Part shown: piece by piece, positions 49,362-59,551 of the stretch
Numbering within the stretch: the first letter of the stretch is position 1
How the letters are laid out: every line of letters starts with the position of its first letter
DNA from: an uncultured Bacteroidia bacterium
GTDB taxonomy: Bacteria > Bacteroidota > Bacteroidia > NS11-12g > UBA9320
Length of the DNA stretch: 64,000 nucleotides
Direction: 5' to 3'
Assembly: GCA_963924815.1 (NCBI GenBank)
Contig: CAWURO010000002.1
Coordinates: forward strand, 1,667 to 65,666
Made by a program: the position numbers and the translations under genes
Notes under the pieces: model-generated
Seen by the model: the letters and a program-made list of their open reading frames with translations, nothing else
Told to the model about the DNA's origin: nothing
Database searches by the model: none

Positions 49362-50161
49362 CTTCAAACATAACTATTGTCATATCATATTATAAGGCGT
49401 TAGAAAATCTAAACCTCATCTTGTTAGGTCTTCAAAATCAATCGGATAAAAGATTCGACGTAGTGCTGTCTGAAGATGATAATAATCCTGAAACTGTTCT
49501 CTTTTTGCAAGAGATTGCAGCAAATTTTACATTTAGTATAGAACACATTCATCAAAGGGAAGATCTTGGTTTTCGAAAAAACAGTATGTTAAATAAAGCT
49601 ATTTTAAGTACGAATAATGACTTTATGGTATTTATTGACGGCGACTGTATCCCAGATAAACATTTTGTAAGAGCGTACCAAAATCATAAAAAAGAAGGTT
49701 ACATGTACGCTGGTAGAAGAGTGATGCTAGGAGAATCCTTTAGTAAAAAATTGCTCGAGAAGCGCAATGTGAGCCAACTAAATTTTTGTACATTACTATA
49801 CTCGGATTCTAAGAAAGTAAAAGAAGGATTACGACTTCCTATACCATTGGCTTTGAAAAGCAACAAAGGGCTGCTTGGATGCAATTGGGGTGTAGCAAAA
49901 AAAGATTTACTGTCTGTAAATGGCTTTGATGCTGATTATTTGCGTGCCGGAGTAGGTGAGGATAATGATATAGAGTGGAGGCTTCTTGAGCATGGGGTTG
50001 AATTTAAGTCAATGAAAAATAAGGCTATTGTCTATCATGTTCATCATGAGCGTTCGTATTCTGAAGAAGGTGTGCAAGCTAATTTTAGACTGTGGGATAA
50101 AAAGAAAAAAGCAAACCACATCAGATGCTTAAATGGAATAGAGCAATCCAAATTGCACTAG
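49358..50161 (+). CDS. family 2 glycosyltransferase
   Basis: ITIVISYYKALENL...; the DGD motif appears as IDGDCIP; 4-nt overlap with the upstream gene. Confidence 0.65.
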   Translation: MTSNITIVISYYKALENLNLILLGLQNQSDKRFDVVLSEDDNNPETVLFLQEIAANFTFSIEHIHQREDLGFRKNSMLNKAILSTNNDFMVFIDGDCIPDKHFVRAYQNHKKEGYMYAGRRVMLGESFSKKLLEKRNVSQLNFCTLLYSDSKKVKEGLRLPIPLALKSNKGLLGCNWGVAKKDLLSVNGFDADYLRAGVGEDNDIEWRLLEHGVEFKSMKNKAIVYHVHHERSYSEEGVQANFRLWDKKKKANHIRCLNGIEQSKLH

Positions 50162-50225
50162 CATAAAAAACGCAAACTTTAAAGACAAACAGGTGTTTAA
50201 ACTATACTAAATAGAGCATAGTAAA

Positions 50226-51092
50226 ATGAATAATAGAAGTATAAAACACGTCATACCTGCAGACAAAGTAAATATGGGTGGAGACCTTTTAGATCAACCG
50301 CTACCAAGTGCACGTTTAGAAAATTTGGATCCATTTCTATTAATTCATCATTGGCATAAAATATTACCAGGAGGACAACGACCGCAAGAATTAGGTGTAG
50401 GTCCGCATCCGCATAGAGGGTTTTCGCCAGTCACTTTTATATTTAAAGGAGCGGTAAATCACCAAGATTCTCTTGGAGAAAAAGCAACCGTACAAGCCGG
50501 GGGTACGCAATGGATGTTTGCCGGAAGAGGTATAACACACAGCGAGCGTTTCCCCCGGGAATTAGCTGAAAATGGTGGAGAGTTAGAGTTTATACAATTT
50601 TGGGTGAATGCGCCCGCTGCACACAAAATGGATGCACCTTTTTATAAACCTATTAGTCTGGAAGAAACGCCACTTGTAATCGAGGAGAAAAGTAAAATAT
50701 GGGTCGTAAGTGGTCATTACAAAGGCACTGATGGCGTGGCTCCTACTTATAGTCCTCAATTGCTTTTGAGAGGCGAACTAGACAAAGATGGAGATGTACA
50801 TATTCCTATTTCTGTCGGGTTTAATGTGCTTGTGTATGTGTTGGAAGGGTCTCTTAAAACTTCGGGTGGACAGTTATTTACTAAAGATATGGGAGTTTAT
50901 AATATAGATGGTGATGCCATACAATTAAATGCTACTGCAAATACACGTTACATTGTGCTAAGTGGAGAACCACTTAATGAACCAGTTGCTCAATATGGTC
51001 CTTTTGTGATGAGTGACCAAACACAACTTATGCAAGCTGTACGAGATTCCCAAATAGGTAAAATGGGAATCTTGATCGAGGAGTTCGACTAG
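50226..51092 (+). CDS. pirin family (bicupin) protein
   Basis: HPHRGFSPVTFIFKG metal-binding cupin motif; 288 aa. Confidence 0.8.
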   Translation: MNNRSIKHVIPADKVNMGGDLLDQPLPSARLENLDPFLLIHHWHKILPGGQRPQELGVGPHPHRGFSPVTFIFKGAVNHQDSLGEKATVQAGGTQWMFAGRGITHSERFPRELAENGGELEFIQFWVNAPAAHKMDAPFYKPISLEETPLVIEEKSKIWVVSGHYKGTDGVAPTYSPQLLLRGELDKDGDVHIPISVGFNVLVYVLEGSLKTSGGQLFTKDMGVYNIDGDAIQLNATANTRYIVLSGEPLNEPVAQYGPFVMSDQTQLMQAVRDSQIGKMGILIEEFD

Positions 51093-51103
51093 TAACGTGT
51101 AAC

Positions 51104-51490
51104 TTAAACTAAATCATACGTACTTAAAATTCGCTGTTTTAGCATTGTGGTTATTCGTTTAGTATAAGCTCCTGGTTCTTGCGCGAAGTGTGAATATTCC
51201 TCTAAGGTAAATAGGCCAATTATTATTCCTAAGGATTGATTTCTAAATGCTAACTCTTTTTGAAAAAGCTGGGTTAGAGTTGATTCCTTTTCACTTTCGC
51301 TGAGATTCTCAAATAATATTTTATTCTTAATAAGGCAAGTGTGAAAGACTAACATAAGCAAATCGTGCTGAAATTTAAGGATAGGACGTAAGGTGCTGTT
51401 TTGAAATTTTTCGACTAAAGTTGAGTTTAATTCATTTTTAATGCGTCTTAGCTTCGGTCGTAATTTCAAAAGATCTTCCGTTCGGTTCAT
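51104..51490 (-). CDS. hypothetical protein
   Basis: 128 aa, helical, no recognised family. Confidence 0.3.
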   Translation of the reverse strand: MNRTEDLLKLRPKLRRIKNELNSTLVEKFQNSTLRPILKFQHDLLMLVFHTCLIKNKILFENLSESEKESTLTQLFQKELAFRNQSLGIIIGLFTLEEYSHFAQEPGAYTKRITTMLKQRILSTYDLV

Positions 51491-51541
51491 ATTCTAAACA
51501 ACCTTTTTAGGGAAGAATAGTTCTGTTTTCACGCTAAGCCA

Positions 51542-52048
51542 CTAAAAGTTTTGTGCAATCATAAAATAAATAGGCATACCTATCGTAATATTTATAGGGA
51601 AGGTAACTGCAAGTGCCATGGGTAGAAAAAGGCCTGGATTAGCTTTAGGGACTGATATTTTCATAGCGGCAGGTACGGCTATATAAGAAGCACTAGCGGC
51701 TAAAATTGCAAACATGAATCGATTGGTAATATCAGATGTTACCAACTGGCTCATGAAGGCGACTAATGAGCCGTTAAACAATGGGATGAAAATGGCGAAA
51801 AGAATAGGAAAAGATCCAAATGAGAAGAAAGCTTTTAATTTTCTGCCGCTCGTAATTCCCATGTCCAAAAGGAAAATAGCTAGAAATCCTTTAAAAAGAT
51901 CGTTGGTGAATGGTTTAATCCCTTCCGCTTGTTTTGCGTTTGCTACGTAACCGATAAGTAAACTTCCGAGAATTAGTAAAACACTCCCGTTGGTAAATGA
52001 ATGTTTCGAAACATTTCGTTTTTTTATGGAAGTAGAGCCGTAAAACAA
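51542..52048 (-). pseudogene. C-terminal half of a sodium-dependent bicarbonate-transporter-family (SbtA/DUF897-like) permease; 5' half deleted
   Basis: 168-aa hydrophobic ORF resembling the C-terminal repeat of DUF897 permeases (ASYIAVPAAMKISVPKANPGLFLPMALAVTFPINI). Its first ~15 codons are the antisense of the LysR fragment. Confidence 0.4.
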
Positions 52049-52285
52049 GCATTGTTGGCAGGCTTAGGATATTCTATCATGCCACTTATTGGTATTCGAA
52101 ATGAGTTATCTAAAAATGAGTTACAAATTGTGCCCATTAAGGGACTACCTATTGTAACTACTTGGAGTCTAATTTGGTTGAAAGGAAAGAAACGAACACC
52201 TGTTTCAGGTGCTTTTTTAGAATACCTGACGAATGAAAAAGTAAAAATCGTAAAGGAAAAATTTAGCGGGTATGAGCAGTACTAA
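52001..52285 (+). pseudogene. C-terminal ~85 aa of a LysR-type transcriptional regulator (effector domain end); HTH and most of the effector domain deleted
   Basis: AVKQALLAGLGYSIMPLIGIRNELSKNELQIVPIKGLPIVTTWSLIWLKGKKRTPVSGAFLEYL is a textbook LysR C-terminus with nothing upstream. Confidence 0.55.
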
Positions 52286-52313
52286 CTGCCCTATTCCTAA
52301 TTATCGGTTACTG

Positions 52314-52877
52314 TTAGAATATTGTACCTGTCCCGTAAAGTAATCCTAAAGCATTTATTCCCAAAGAATAGCTTAGTCCTGCATACATTACAAAATTATC
52401 TCCTCGCATTATTCTTAATCTTCCGGCTATAATGGGTGCTACACGTAAGTTGTTATTCTTATTAAATAATACACTAGTTAAGAGGCCAGCTTCAAATTCA
52501 ATTTTTGAGGTGGAATCTATTTTGAATTCAAAAACCTTAAATGTTAAGCCGGTACCTATCGTCGGTGCAGCTCGCTCACTTAAGGTTTGGCCGTCTATAA
52601 TAAATTGTTTCGTTTCCGTAGCTAAATTGAAAAATATAGGAATTCTCATGGTCTTGTGAGGCCTTAGTTCTGCAAAAAATAAAATCGCATTAGTTGGAAC
52701 AACCAATGCTTCTTGCTGACGTAGGTCAATTTGTTTACTGTTGGAAATAAACAATAATGACTGGCCAAAACTGAGCTCAATGTGTTGGTTTTTAAATAAT
52801 GAATCTTTGATACTGGCTTGTGATATAAAGCTTATACAAGTGAAAAAGAGCAGTAAAATAATTTTGGGTTGCGTCAT
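52314..52877 (-). CDS. hypothetical secreted / outer-membrane protein
   Basis: 187 aa, signal peptide, beta-rich. Confidence 0.35.
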   Translation of the reverse strand: MTQPKIILLLFFTCISFISQASIKDSLFKNQHIELSFGQSLLFISNSKQIDLRQQEALVVPTNAILFFAELRPHKTMRIPIFFNLATETKQFIIDGQTLSERAAPTIGTGLTFKVFEFKIDSTSKIEFEAGLLTSVLFNKNNNLRVAPIIAGRLRIMRGDNFVMYAGLSYSLGINALGLLYGTGTIF

Positions 52878-53040
52878 GTTTAGGAGTTATGTGGTTTTCA
52901 AATTTACCAAATTACTGCAAAGTTCAATCAATCATGTATAAACTAGAAATTGTGATTCAGTAATAATTAGAATTTGATACTGATAGGAGTCTTTGCAAGC
53001 TTTCTAAATCATGCGCGTTCATTTCCCTTACATTTGTCAG

Positions 53041-54603
53041 ATGCAAGATATATTTAGCTTTTTGGGAAGCTTATCGTGGTGGGTATGGATGCTTATTACT
53101 ATTTTACTTATAGCTGTTCGTGATGTCTTGCAGCGTAAGCATTCTATTAGCCATAATTTCCCAGTTATCGGACATATTCGATACATGGCTGAAAAAATAG
53201 GTCCTGAAATACGTCAGTATTTCATTGCTAATAATAGAGAAGAACTTCCGTTTAATAGAAAAGAACGTTCATGGATTTATGCTTCGTCTAAGTTAGAAAA
53301 TAATTATCAAGGTTTTGGTTCTGATCAAGATTTTTATGCGACTAATTACCATTTTCTTAAACCAGATTTATGGCCTTTTCGAATGCCTGAAGGACATATT
53401 AATATATCCAATCCTGATTTTTTGCCATGTGCTAAAGTAATGGGTTTGGCAAATGGAAGAAAGAGACCATTCAGGCCAAGGAGTATATTGAACATATCCG
53501 CTATGAGCTTTGGATCATTAAGTGCAACTGCAGTTGAAAGCTTAAATAGGGGAGCTCATAAGGCAGGTGCTTATCATAACACTGGCGAAGGAGGATTATC
53601 TCCTTATCACAGTACTGGCGCCGATGTAGTTTTTCAATTCGGGACTGCCTATTTTGGAGTGAGGAGTAATGAAGGGAATCTCGACTTGGATAAGCTTGAG
53701 AGACTAGTAGAGAACAATTCGTTTGTGCGCGCCATTGAAATTAAGCTATCGCAAGGGGCGAAGCCTGGTAAAGGGGGAGTGCTCCCTAGCGCTAAAATTA
53801 CAGCAGAAATTGCAGCAATACGAGGAGTGGAGATGGGCGTAGATGTAATCTCTCCAGCAAGTCATAAGTGTTTCGATACTATGGATGATTTATTAAACCT
53901 TATTGAAGATATTGCCACTAGAACGGGTTTGCCTGTTGGAATAAAATCTGCCGTAGGCAAAACACACTTGTGGCACGCCCTCGCCGACCAAATGGTTCTT
54001 AGAAAATCAGGCCCAGATTTCATAACCATAGACGGGGGAGAAGGTGGCACTGGTGCAGCTCCTCCAAGCTTTGCAGACCACATGTCTTTGCCATTTTTTA
54101 ATGGGTTTTCTATTGTTTATAAAATCTTTCAAGAAAGAAATCTAACCAATAAAATTGTATTTGTAGCGTCAGGTAAACTTGGACTTCCTGCTAATGCTGC
54201 TCGTGCTCTTGCGATGGGTGCTGACGTTATTAACGTGGCGCGTGAAGCAATGATGAGTATTGGTTGTGTTCAAGCTCAGCTTTGTCATACTAATAAATGC
54301 CCTAGTGGCGTAGCTACACAAAATAAATGGCTGCAAGCAGGTATAGATCCTACTTTAAAATCCGAACGCTTGTTTAATTATGTACAATACTTTAAAAAAG
54401 AATTAATTGCATTAGTGCACGCAAGTGGATATGAGCATCCATGTCAGTACAAAATGAGTGATATAGAAACTACTACCAATGATCAAAATCAGATGAGAAC
54501 CATGGACGAAACCTATGGTTATACTAAAACAGAGGTGGAATTTACCTCTGTTACAGATTTTGCTAGTTGCCCCCACTTAGGCGGAGTTATGGAATTAAAA
54601 TAA
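53041..54603 (+). CDS. FMN-binding glutamate-synthase-family protein (GltS FMN/FeS-domain homologue, membrane-anchored)
   Basis: N-terminal TM helix, then a GltB domain-2-like core (KLSQGAKPGKGGVLP, ITIDGGEGGTGAAP); ATG at 53041 preferred (track 53011). Confidence 0.7.
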   Translation: MQDIFSFLGSLSWWVWMLITILLIAVRDVLQRKHSISHNFPVIGHIRYMAEKIGPEIRQYFIANNREELPFNRKERSWIYASSKLENNYQGFGSDQDFYATNYHFLKPDLWPFRMPEGHINISNPDFLPCAKVMGLANGRKRPFRPRSILNISAMSFGSLSATAVESLNRGAHKAGAYHNTGEGGLSPYHSTGADVVFQFGTAYFGVRSNEGNLDLDKLERLVENNSFVRAIEIKLSQGAKPGKGGVLPSAKITAEIAAIRGVEMGVDVISPASHKCFDTMDDLLNLIEDIATRTGLPVGIKSAVGKTHLWHALADQMVLRKSGPDFITIDGGEGGTGAAPPSFADHMSLPFFNGFSIVYKIFQERNLTNKIVFVASGKLGLPANAARALAMGADVINVAREAMMSIGCVQAQLCHTNKCPSGVATQNKWLQAGIDPTLKSERLFNYVQYFKKELIALVHASGYEHPCQYKMSDIETTTNDQNQMRTMDETYGYTKTEVEFTSVTDFASCPHLGGVMELK

Positions 54604-56886
54604 ATCTTTGTCGTTTTCTGATCCTTCGGCATTTTCAGCATCACTGTTATTTTGCCCTCCCACGTAATTATCGCAATTAAGATCTATCGTCATCTCAATA
54701 TCTGGTGCTTTGAATATACCACGTCCCCAATTCATCTTGGAGTTAGCATATATTCGTTGCATGTATTCGCCAAATATGGGCAATGCCATATTTGCGCCTT
54801 GACCTAATGCGGTACTTCTAAAATGCACATTTCGCTCATCCGCTCCAACCCAACATCCACTCACTAAGTTTGGCGTTATCCCCATAAACCAGCCATCAGA
54901 GTTATTCTGAGTCGTACCTGTTTTTCCTCCAATGGACACATCTCCGGGTATGGTGTAATTGCGCCTTAGTCTTGCCGCTGTTCCTCCTGACATGGTCACC
55001 CGTTCAAGCATTTTACATATTATATACGCTGATTGTATTCTAAGTGCTTCTTGTCGTTTTGGCGTAAATTCTTCTAGTACATTTCCATTCTTATCTTCTA
55101 TCCTAGTTACAAAAATGGGCTCTACAAAAGTGCCCCCATTTACAAAAGTACCATAGGCGCCAACCATTTCAAATACAGAAATATCCATGGTGCCAAGACA
55201 AATAGATGGATATGGTTCGAACTTACTATCGTCTATCCCCATATTAGCGGCAGTTTGTTTTACGACTTCGGCACTATTAGGCCCAAGTCGTTTCATAATA
55301 CGAGCTGTTATCGTGTTTACGGATTGTTGTAAGCCCTGATAAAAAGTAAGTTCCGGAGCTGTTTTGCCAGAGTTTTGTGGGGACCATTTCATCCCATTCC
55401 CATATTCTACGATTACCGGTCCGGTGCTTTCCACCTCACAAGGTTGAATCTTGTCGTCATCCAAGCCGCGGGCGTAAACAAAAGGTTTAAAAGTAGAGCC
55501 AACTTGGCGACCAGATTTTTTATTTACGTGATCATATTGAAAATGCGTGTGATTAATTCCTCCAACCCAAGCCTTAATAAATCCGGTTTGGGGCTCAAAG
55601 CTCATAAATCCGGTGTGTAATATTTGCTTCACATATTTCAGAGAATCCATCGGACTTAACACGGTATCAATGTCCCCTTTCCAGGAGAATAAACTCATTT
55701 TAACTGGTTTATTAAGATGGTAATTGATAGAATCCTTATTGCTCCCATATGCTTGTTTAAGATCACGATAACGCTGCGAGCTTTTTATCATTCGAGCGGG
55801 ATAATCGGGGTCAGCTACCATGTCTCCTTGCTCATCTTCTTTGTAGAAAGGATCTCTACCTCTTCCTTTGGTTTCGTTCCAAAATTGCTGTTGTAACTTA
55901 GCCATATGTTTGGAAACTGCCTCTTCTGCAAATGCTTGTAGCTTTGAATCTATCGTAGTGTATATCTTAAGTCCGTCATCGTAGATGTTATATTTAACTC
56001 CCGTTTCTGCTTCATATTTGCGGGTCCAATCTTTCATCCACTGATCAAGGTAGGATCGGAAGTAAGTGGCAAGACCATTATTGTGGTCCACAAAATTATG
56101 ATTGACTACCAATGGTAGTTCTTTTAAACTATCACATTCTCGTTCATCTAGAAAATTATATTTTTCCATCTGATTTAACACCACGTTACGCCTGCGGGTA
56201 GCATTTTCAGGGTTACGCACTGGATTATAGTAGGTGTTGGCTTTTAGCATACCTACTAGTACGGCAGCTTCTTCTATTGTTAGGTCTTTTGTTTTTTTAT
56301 TAAAATATCGTTTGGATGCAGATTTTATACCGTAGCTGTTGCCATAAGGTACTGTGTTGAAGTACATAAGTATGATTTCATCCTTGGTATATCGTTTCTC
56401 GATTTCAATGGCTAAAAACCATTCTTTTATTTTCTGTATTATTCTAAAAGCGAAATTATCGGCTCTTTCTTGAAATAAATTTAATGCTAATTGTTGCGTT
56501 ATAGTGCTTCCTCCGCCGTCTCTTCCTAGTCGAACAATAGCACGTATTAATGCTTTCGCATCTATACCGCTGTGTTCGTAAAAACGGGCATCTTCTGTAG
56601 CAATTAATGCATCTTTTAGATGGGGTGGGATGTCTGAAAAGTCGCAATTTGTTCTATCTTCTTGATAAAACATTTTACCCAAAACAGCATTGTCAGATGA
56701 ATATATTTCGGAGGCCAATTTAATTTTTGGATTTTCTAACTCGGTAGTGTCAGGTAACGCGCCCCATATGCCAACTTTTATACTTACGAGGAATAATATA
56801 CCGATAAGGACGGCTACGCCCAGCCATTTCCATAATCTAATTACCCATGACAGGTGATCCGTAGCTGCTTGTTTTTTTGATGCCAT
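54595..56886 (-). CDS. mrcA: class A penicillin-binding protein 1A (glycosyltransferase + transpeptidase)
   Basis: GT51 motifs EDARFYEHSGID, RQ..GGSTITQQL; transpeptidase STFKPF, SxN, KTGT. Confidence 0.85.
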   Translation of the reverse strand: MASKKQAATDHLSWVIRLWKWLGVAVLIGILFLVSIKVGIWGALPDTTELENPKIKLASEIYSSDNAVLGKMFYQEDRTNCDFSDIPPHLKDALIATEDARFYEHSGIDAKALIRAIVRLGRDGGGSTITQQLALNLFQERADNFAFRIIQKIKEWFLAIEIEKRYTKDEIILMYFNTVPYGNSYGIKSASKRYFNKKTKDLTIEEAAVLVGMLKANTYYNPVRNPENATRRRNVVLNQMEKYNFLDERECDSLKELPLVVNHNFVDHNNGLATYFRSYLDQWMKDWTRKYEAETGVKYNIYDDGLKIYTTIDSKLQAFAEEAVSKHMAKLQQQFWNETKGRGRDPFYKEDEQGDMVADPDYPARMIKSSQRYRDLKQAYGSNKDSINYHLNKPVKMSLFSWKGDIDTVLSPMDSLKYVKQILHTGFMSFEPQTGFIKAWVGGINHTHFQYDHVNKKSGRQVGSTFKPFVYARGLDDDKIQPCEVESTGPVIVEYGNGMKWSPQNSGKTAPELTFYQGLQQSVNTITARIMKRLGPNSAEVVKQTAANMGIDDSKFEPYPSICLGTMDISVFEMVGAYGTFVNGGTFVEPIFVTRIEDKNGNVLEEFTPKRQEALRIQSAYIICKMLERVTMSGGTAARLRRNYTIPGDVSIGGKTGTTQNNSDGWFMGITPNLVSGCWVGADERNVHFRSTALGQGANMALPIFGEYMQRIYANSKMNWGRGIFKAPDIEMTIDLNCDNYVGGQNNSDAENAEGSENDKDLF

Positions 56887-56891
56887 AAGGC

Positions 56892-59465
56892 TTATTTGTA
56901 CTTTTGGTTGAAAAATAGAATGTATTCTGCTTCTTTGGTGCTTGTTACTAATGTTTTGAAATTAGTCTCGGTTATAGCATAAAATTTAGCTCCTGATAAG
57001 TCTGCATCTGTTAAGAATACTTTGTTTCTTTCCATCTCTTGATGATAATCTAGTGCTAATTTTTGAGTTTCAAACTGCTTTATGTAATACAACTGCTTAT
57101 TATCGAAAATCATACTACGAACAATCATTTTTCGTCCCGGAAAAAATCGGTCATTATATTCAGTGAGTTGCACTTCTACTTTACTTGGGTCATCGGTGGT
57201 CCCCGTAATTGCATAGTAAAAAACACCGTCTTCTGCCGAGAAAATAGTGTTGGAAGTTGCAGTTACTTCAGTGGTAAGTACTCGTATAGTATAGGCTGCA
57301 ATATCCCCTATCTCATTACCAGCATAGGCATCTTGAACTACTTCTAATTCTTTAAGGTAAGCCTCTTTTCCTTTGGTTTTTCCAATGGTTAAGGCATATA
57401 GGTAATCTACTTTGCCTTGAATAGAACTGCCAGGGTAATTGATATCTATCTCTTTTTTAATAGTAAGAGCGGTGTTGAAATTCTCTGCTTTAAAAGATTC
57501 ATACATTTCCTCATATTTACGGATTGCATCGGCATCAGCGTTGTCTTCTTGAATGGCAACAGCATTTAGTACATTATTAAACAGCGTTTCAGGAAATCGA
57601 TCAGCAATCATAGTTGCGTATCTTTTTGCTTCAGCGGTGTCGCCTAGTTCGGTCTCGTTTTTTGATAAATAAAATAGCGCTTCTGGTTCGTGAATAGTGG
57701 TAGGATACCGTTTAAGTAATGTTTTTAAATTGATTTTACTTTCATTGTATTCTCTCAGTTCATCAAAGTATATTTTACCATTACTCATATATGCTTCTGC
57801 TATTTGCTTATTGGCCAAAAGTAGGGAGGTCGCTGTAAATGGAATATTTGCATAAAATTTCTTTTTATCTGCAGCTACATCTTTTAATATTTCATTTTGC
57901 TCTTCGTCTTCTGCTAGCAGGTTAGGCTGTTCTTCATCATCATCTTTCTTTTGCTCTTCCTTATCTTTTAGTTCATTGCCCATAGACCCTTTATTGATAA
58001 ATCTCCAAAAATCGCTGTGCTGTCTGTTTCCCCATGTTCTAATAAAGTCTGAAGAGCCACGACCAACAGCACTCATGTTATAAAAATACCAAATATTGCC
58101 AGATTGATTTAAATCTTGTACAGGCATACCCCCGGTATTCCGTGAGATTGATTTTGCAAGTTCAGCTTTTACTAAAGCATCTTCTTTGGCTTTTCTCTCC
58201 TGTTCTTGTTCATATGCAAGCATCTTGTCCACTCGTTTGTCAAGTTCAGTTCTATCTAGCTTGCTAAGTGTAATTAAGCTGTCTTGTGTTCTTATGGTCT
58301 CAATATTTTCAATCAGTTTGGAAAGTACAGTGTGCTTCGCTTTGATTTTTTCAACAGCTGGATACTTCTCAGGAATGATAGCAACTGTACTATCATAATA
58401 GGCTTGGGCTTTTTCATAATTCCTTTCGTTGAAAAAGTAGTCTGCCAGATACAAATAGGTCTTGGTACGTTGTGTATTGTTGTTCTTGGAAGTGCTAGAC
58501 GAAAGCAACATATATGCAAGTCCTTGATCATTATTATCCCCACTGAACTCAAGCTTTGCTAACTCGTAATATATCTGATCATAGTAATCTATGTTCTTAT
58601 CATCATCGAGCATGCGTTTTAAGTATTTTTTGGTTTTTTGAGTTCCCTGCCCTCCGGCTTCTGCTGTACTCCTAGCTAAACCTAAATTAGCTTGGAATAC
58701 ATATTCATAAGGAGCGTTAGTTTTTAGTACTTTAACAAAACTTTCGCTAGCTTTCTTATAATTTTTAGTTTCCAGATAAAGTTGACCAAGAACAAAGTTA
58801 GTACGATAACGCAAGGTTTTGTTTTTAAGCCTGGCTAAGCCTGCAGTTAGCAATTTAATGGCTTCGCTTTTTTTATTTTGCTTTACAAGTAGATCCCCAG
58901 CAGAAAGATTAAGCTCTGTTTTGAAATCTTTGTTAGTTGATTTAGTGTCTTTTAATACGCTATAGATAGCTTCGGCGTCGTCGTATTTCTCTTGTTGTAT
59001 ATAGCTTTTCATAAGCCATAATTGACTCAAAGCTTTAATGTACTCATCGGTGGAGCTCGTATTTACAAATTGAAAGGTTTCAATCGAAGAAAAATAATCG
59101 CCGCTAAAAAATTGTGTTTGACCTATTAAAAAGTAGGCATCATCAGCCCATTTACTTCTAGGCTTATTCTGAATCACTTTAGAAGCTTTTTTCATTACTT
59201 CTTCCATAGCAGGTCTTAAAGCCTTCGCATCTTCAAGAGTGCCATAGGGGAAAATGGAAATAAAATCTAAAAACTCATCCTTTTGCTTTAACGCTAAGTC
59301 AGCTAAAGCCGTTTGCATTTTTTGATCTGCATTAAAATAAATATTGAACCGAGCAATCATATTATCCCAATTCTTTTTCACCCACGGGTCTTTTTTAGAC
59401 TGTCCATGTGCGTTACTTACTATGCTTAATAGTAAAATGAATGCTATGTATTTAGTTATTTTCAA
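56892..59465 (-). CDS. large secreted tetratricopeptide-repeat protein
   Basis: 857 aa, signal peptide, many TPR-like helical repeats, central acidic low-complexity stretch (KDKEEQKKDDDEEQ). Confidence 0.55.
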   Translation of the reverse strand: MKITKYIAFILLLSIVSNAHGQSKKDPWVKKNWDNMIARFNIYFNADQKMQTALADLALKQKDEFLDFISIFPYGTLEDAKALRPAMEEVMKKASKVIQNKPRSKWADDAYFLIGQTQFFSGDYFSSIETFQFVNTSSTDEYIKALSQLWLMKSYIQQEKYDDAEAIYSVLKDTKSTNKDFKTELNLSAGDLLVKQNKKSEAIKLLTAGLARLKNKTLRYRTNFVLGQLYLETKNYKKASESFVKVLKTNAPYEYVFQANLGLARSTAEAGGQGTQKTKKYLKRMLDDDKNIDYYDQIYYELAKLEFSGDNNDQGLAYMLLSSSTSKNNNTQRTKTYLYLADYFFNERNYEKAQAYYDSTVAIIPEKYPAVEKIKAKHTVLSKLIENIETIRTQDSLITLSKLDRTELDKRVDKMLAYEQEQERKAKEDALVKAELAKSISRNTGGMPVQDLNQSGNIWYFYNMSAVGRGSSDFIRTWGNRQHSDFWRFINKGSMGNELKDKEEQKKDDDEEQPNLLAEDEEQNEILKDVAADKKKFYANIPFTATSLLLANKQIAEAYMSNGKIYFDELREYNESKINLKTLLKRYPTTIHEPEALFYLSKNETELGDTAEAKRYATMIADRFPETLFNNVLNAVAIQEDNADADAIRKYEEMYESFKAENFNTALTIKKEIDINYPGSSIQGKVDYLYALTIGKTKGKEAYLKELEVVQDAYAGNEIGDIAAYTIRVLTTEVTATSNTIFSAEDGVFYYAITGTTDDPSKVEVQLTEYNDRFFPGRKMIVRSMIFDNKQLYYIKQFETQKLALDYHQEMERNKVFLTDADLSGAKFYAITETNFKTLVTSTKEAEYILFFNQKYK

Positions 59466-59551
59466 ACTATTAGTATTAGTATTACCTTTGTTAGCTTATT
59501 AACTGAAGAGCAGCAAAAATATTTTAATTATACGTCAATCATTAATAAAAA

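Noticed and set aside
56892-59465. Calling the 857-aa TPR protein SprE/PorW (T9SS/gliding component)
   Set aside because: The size and TPR content are compatible, but the N-terminus has a signal-peptidase-I type signal without a lipobox Cys (SprE is a lipoprotein), and I cannot verify homology without a search.
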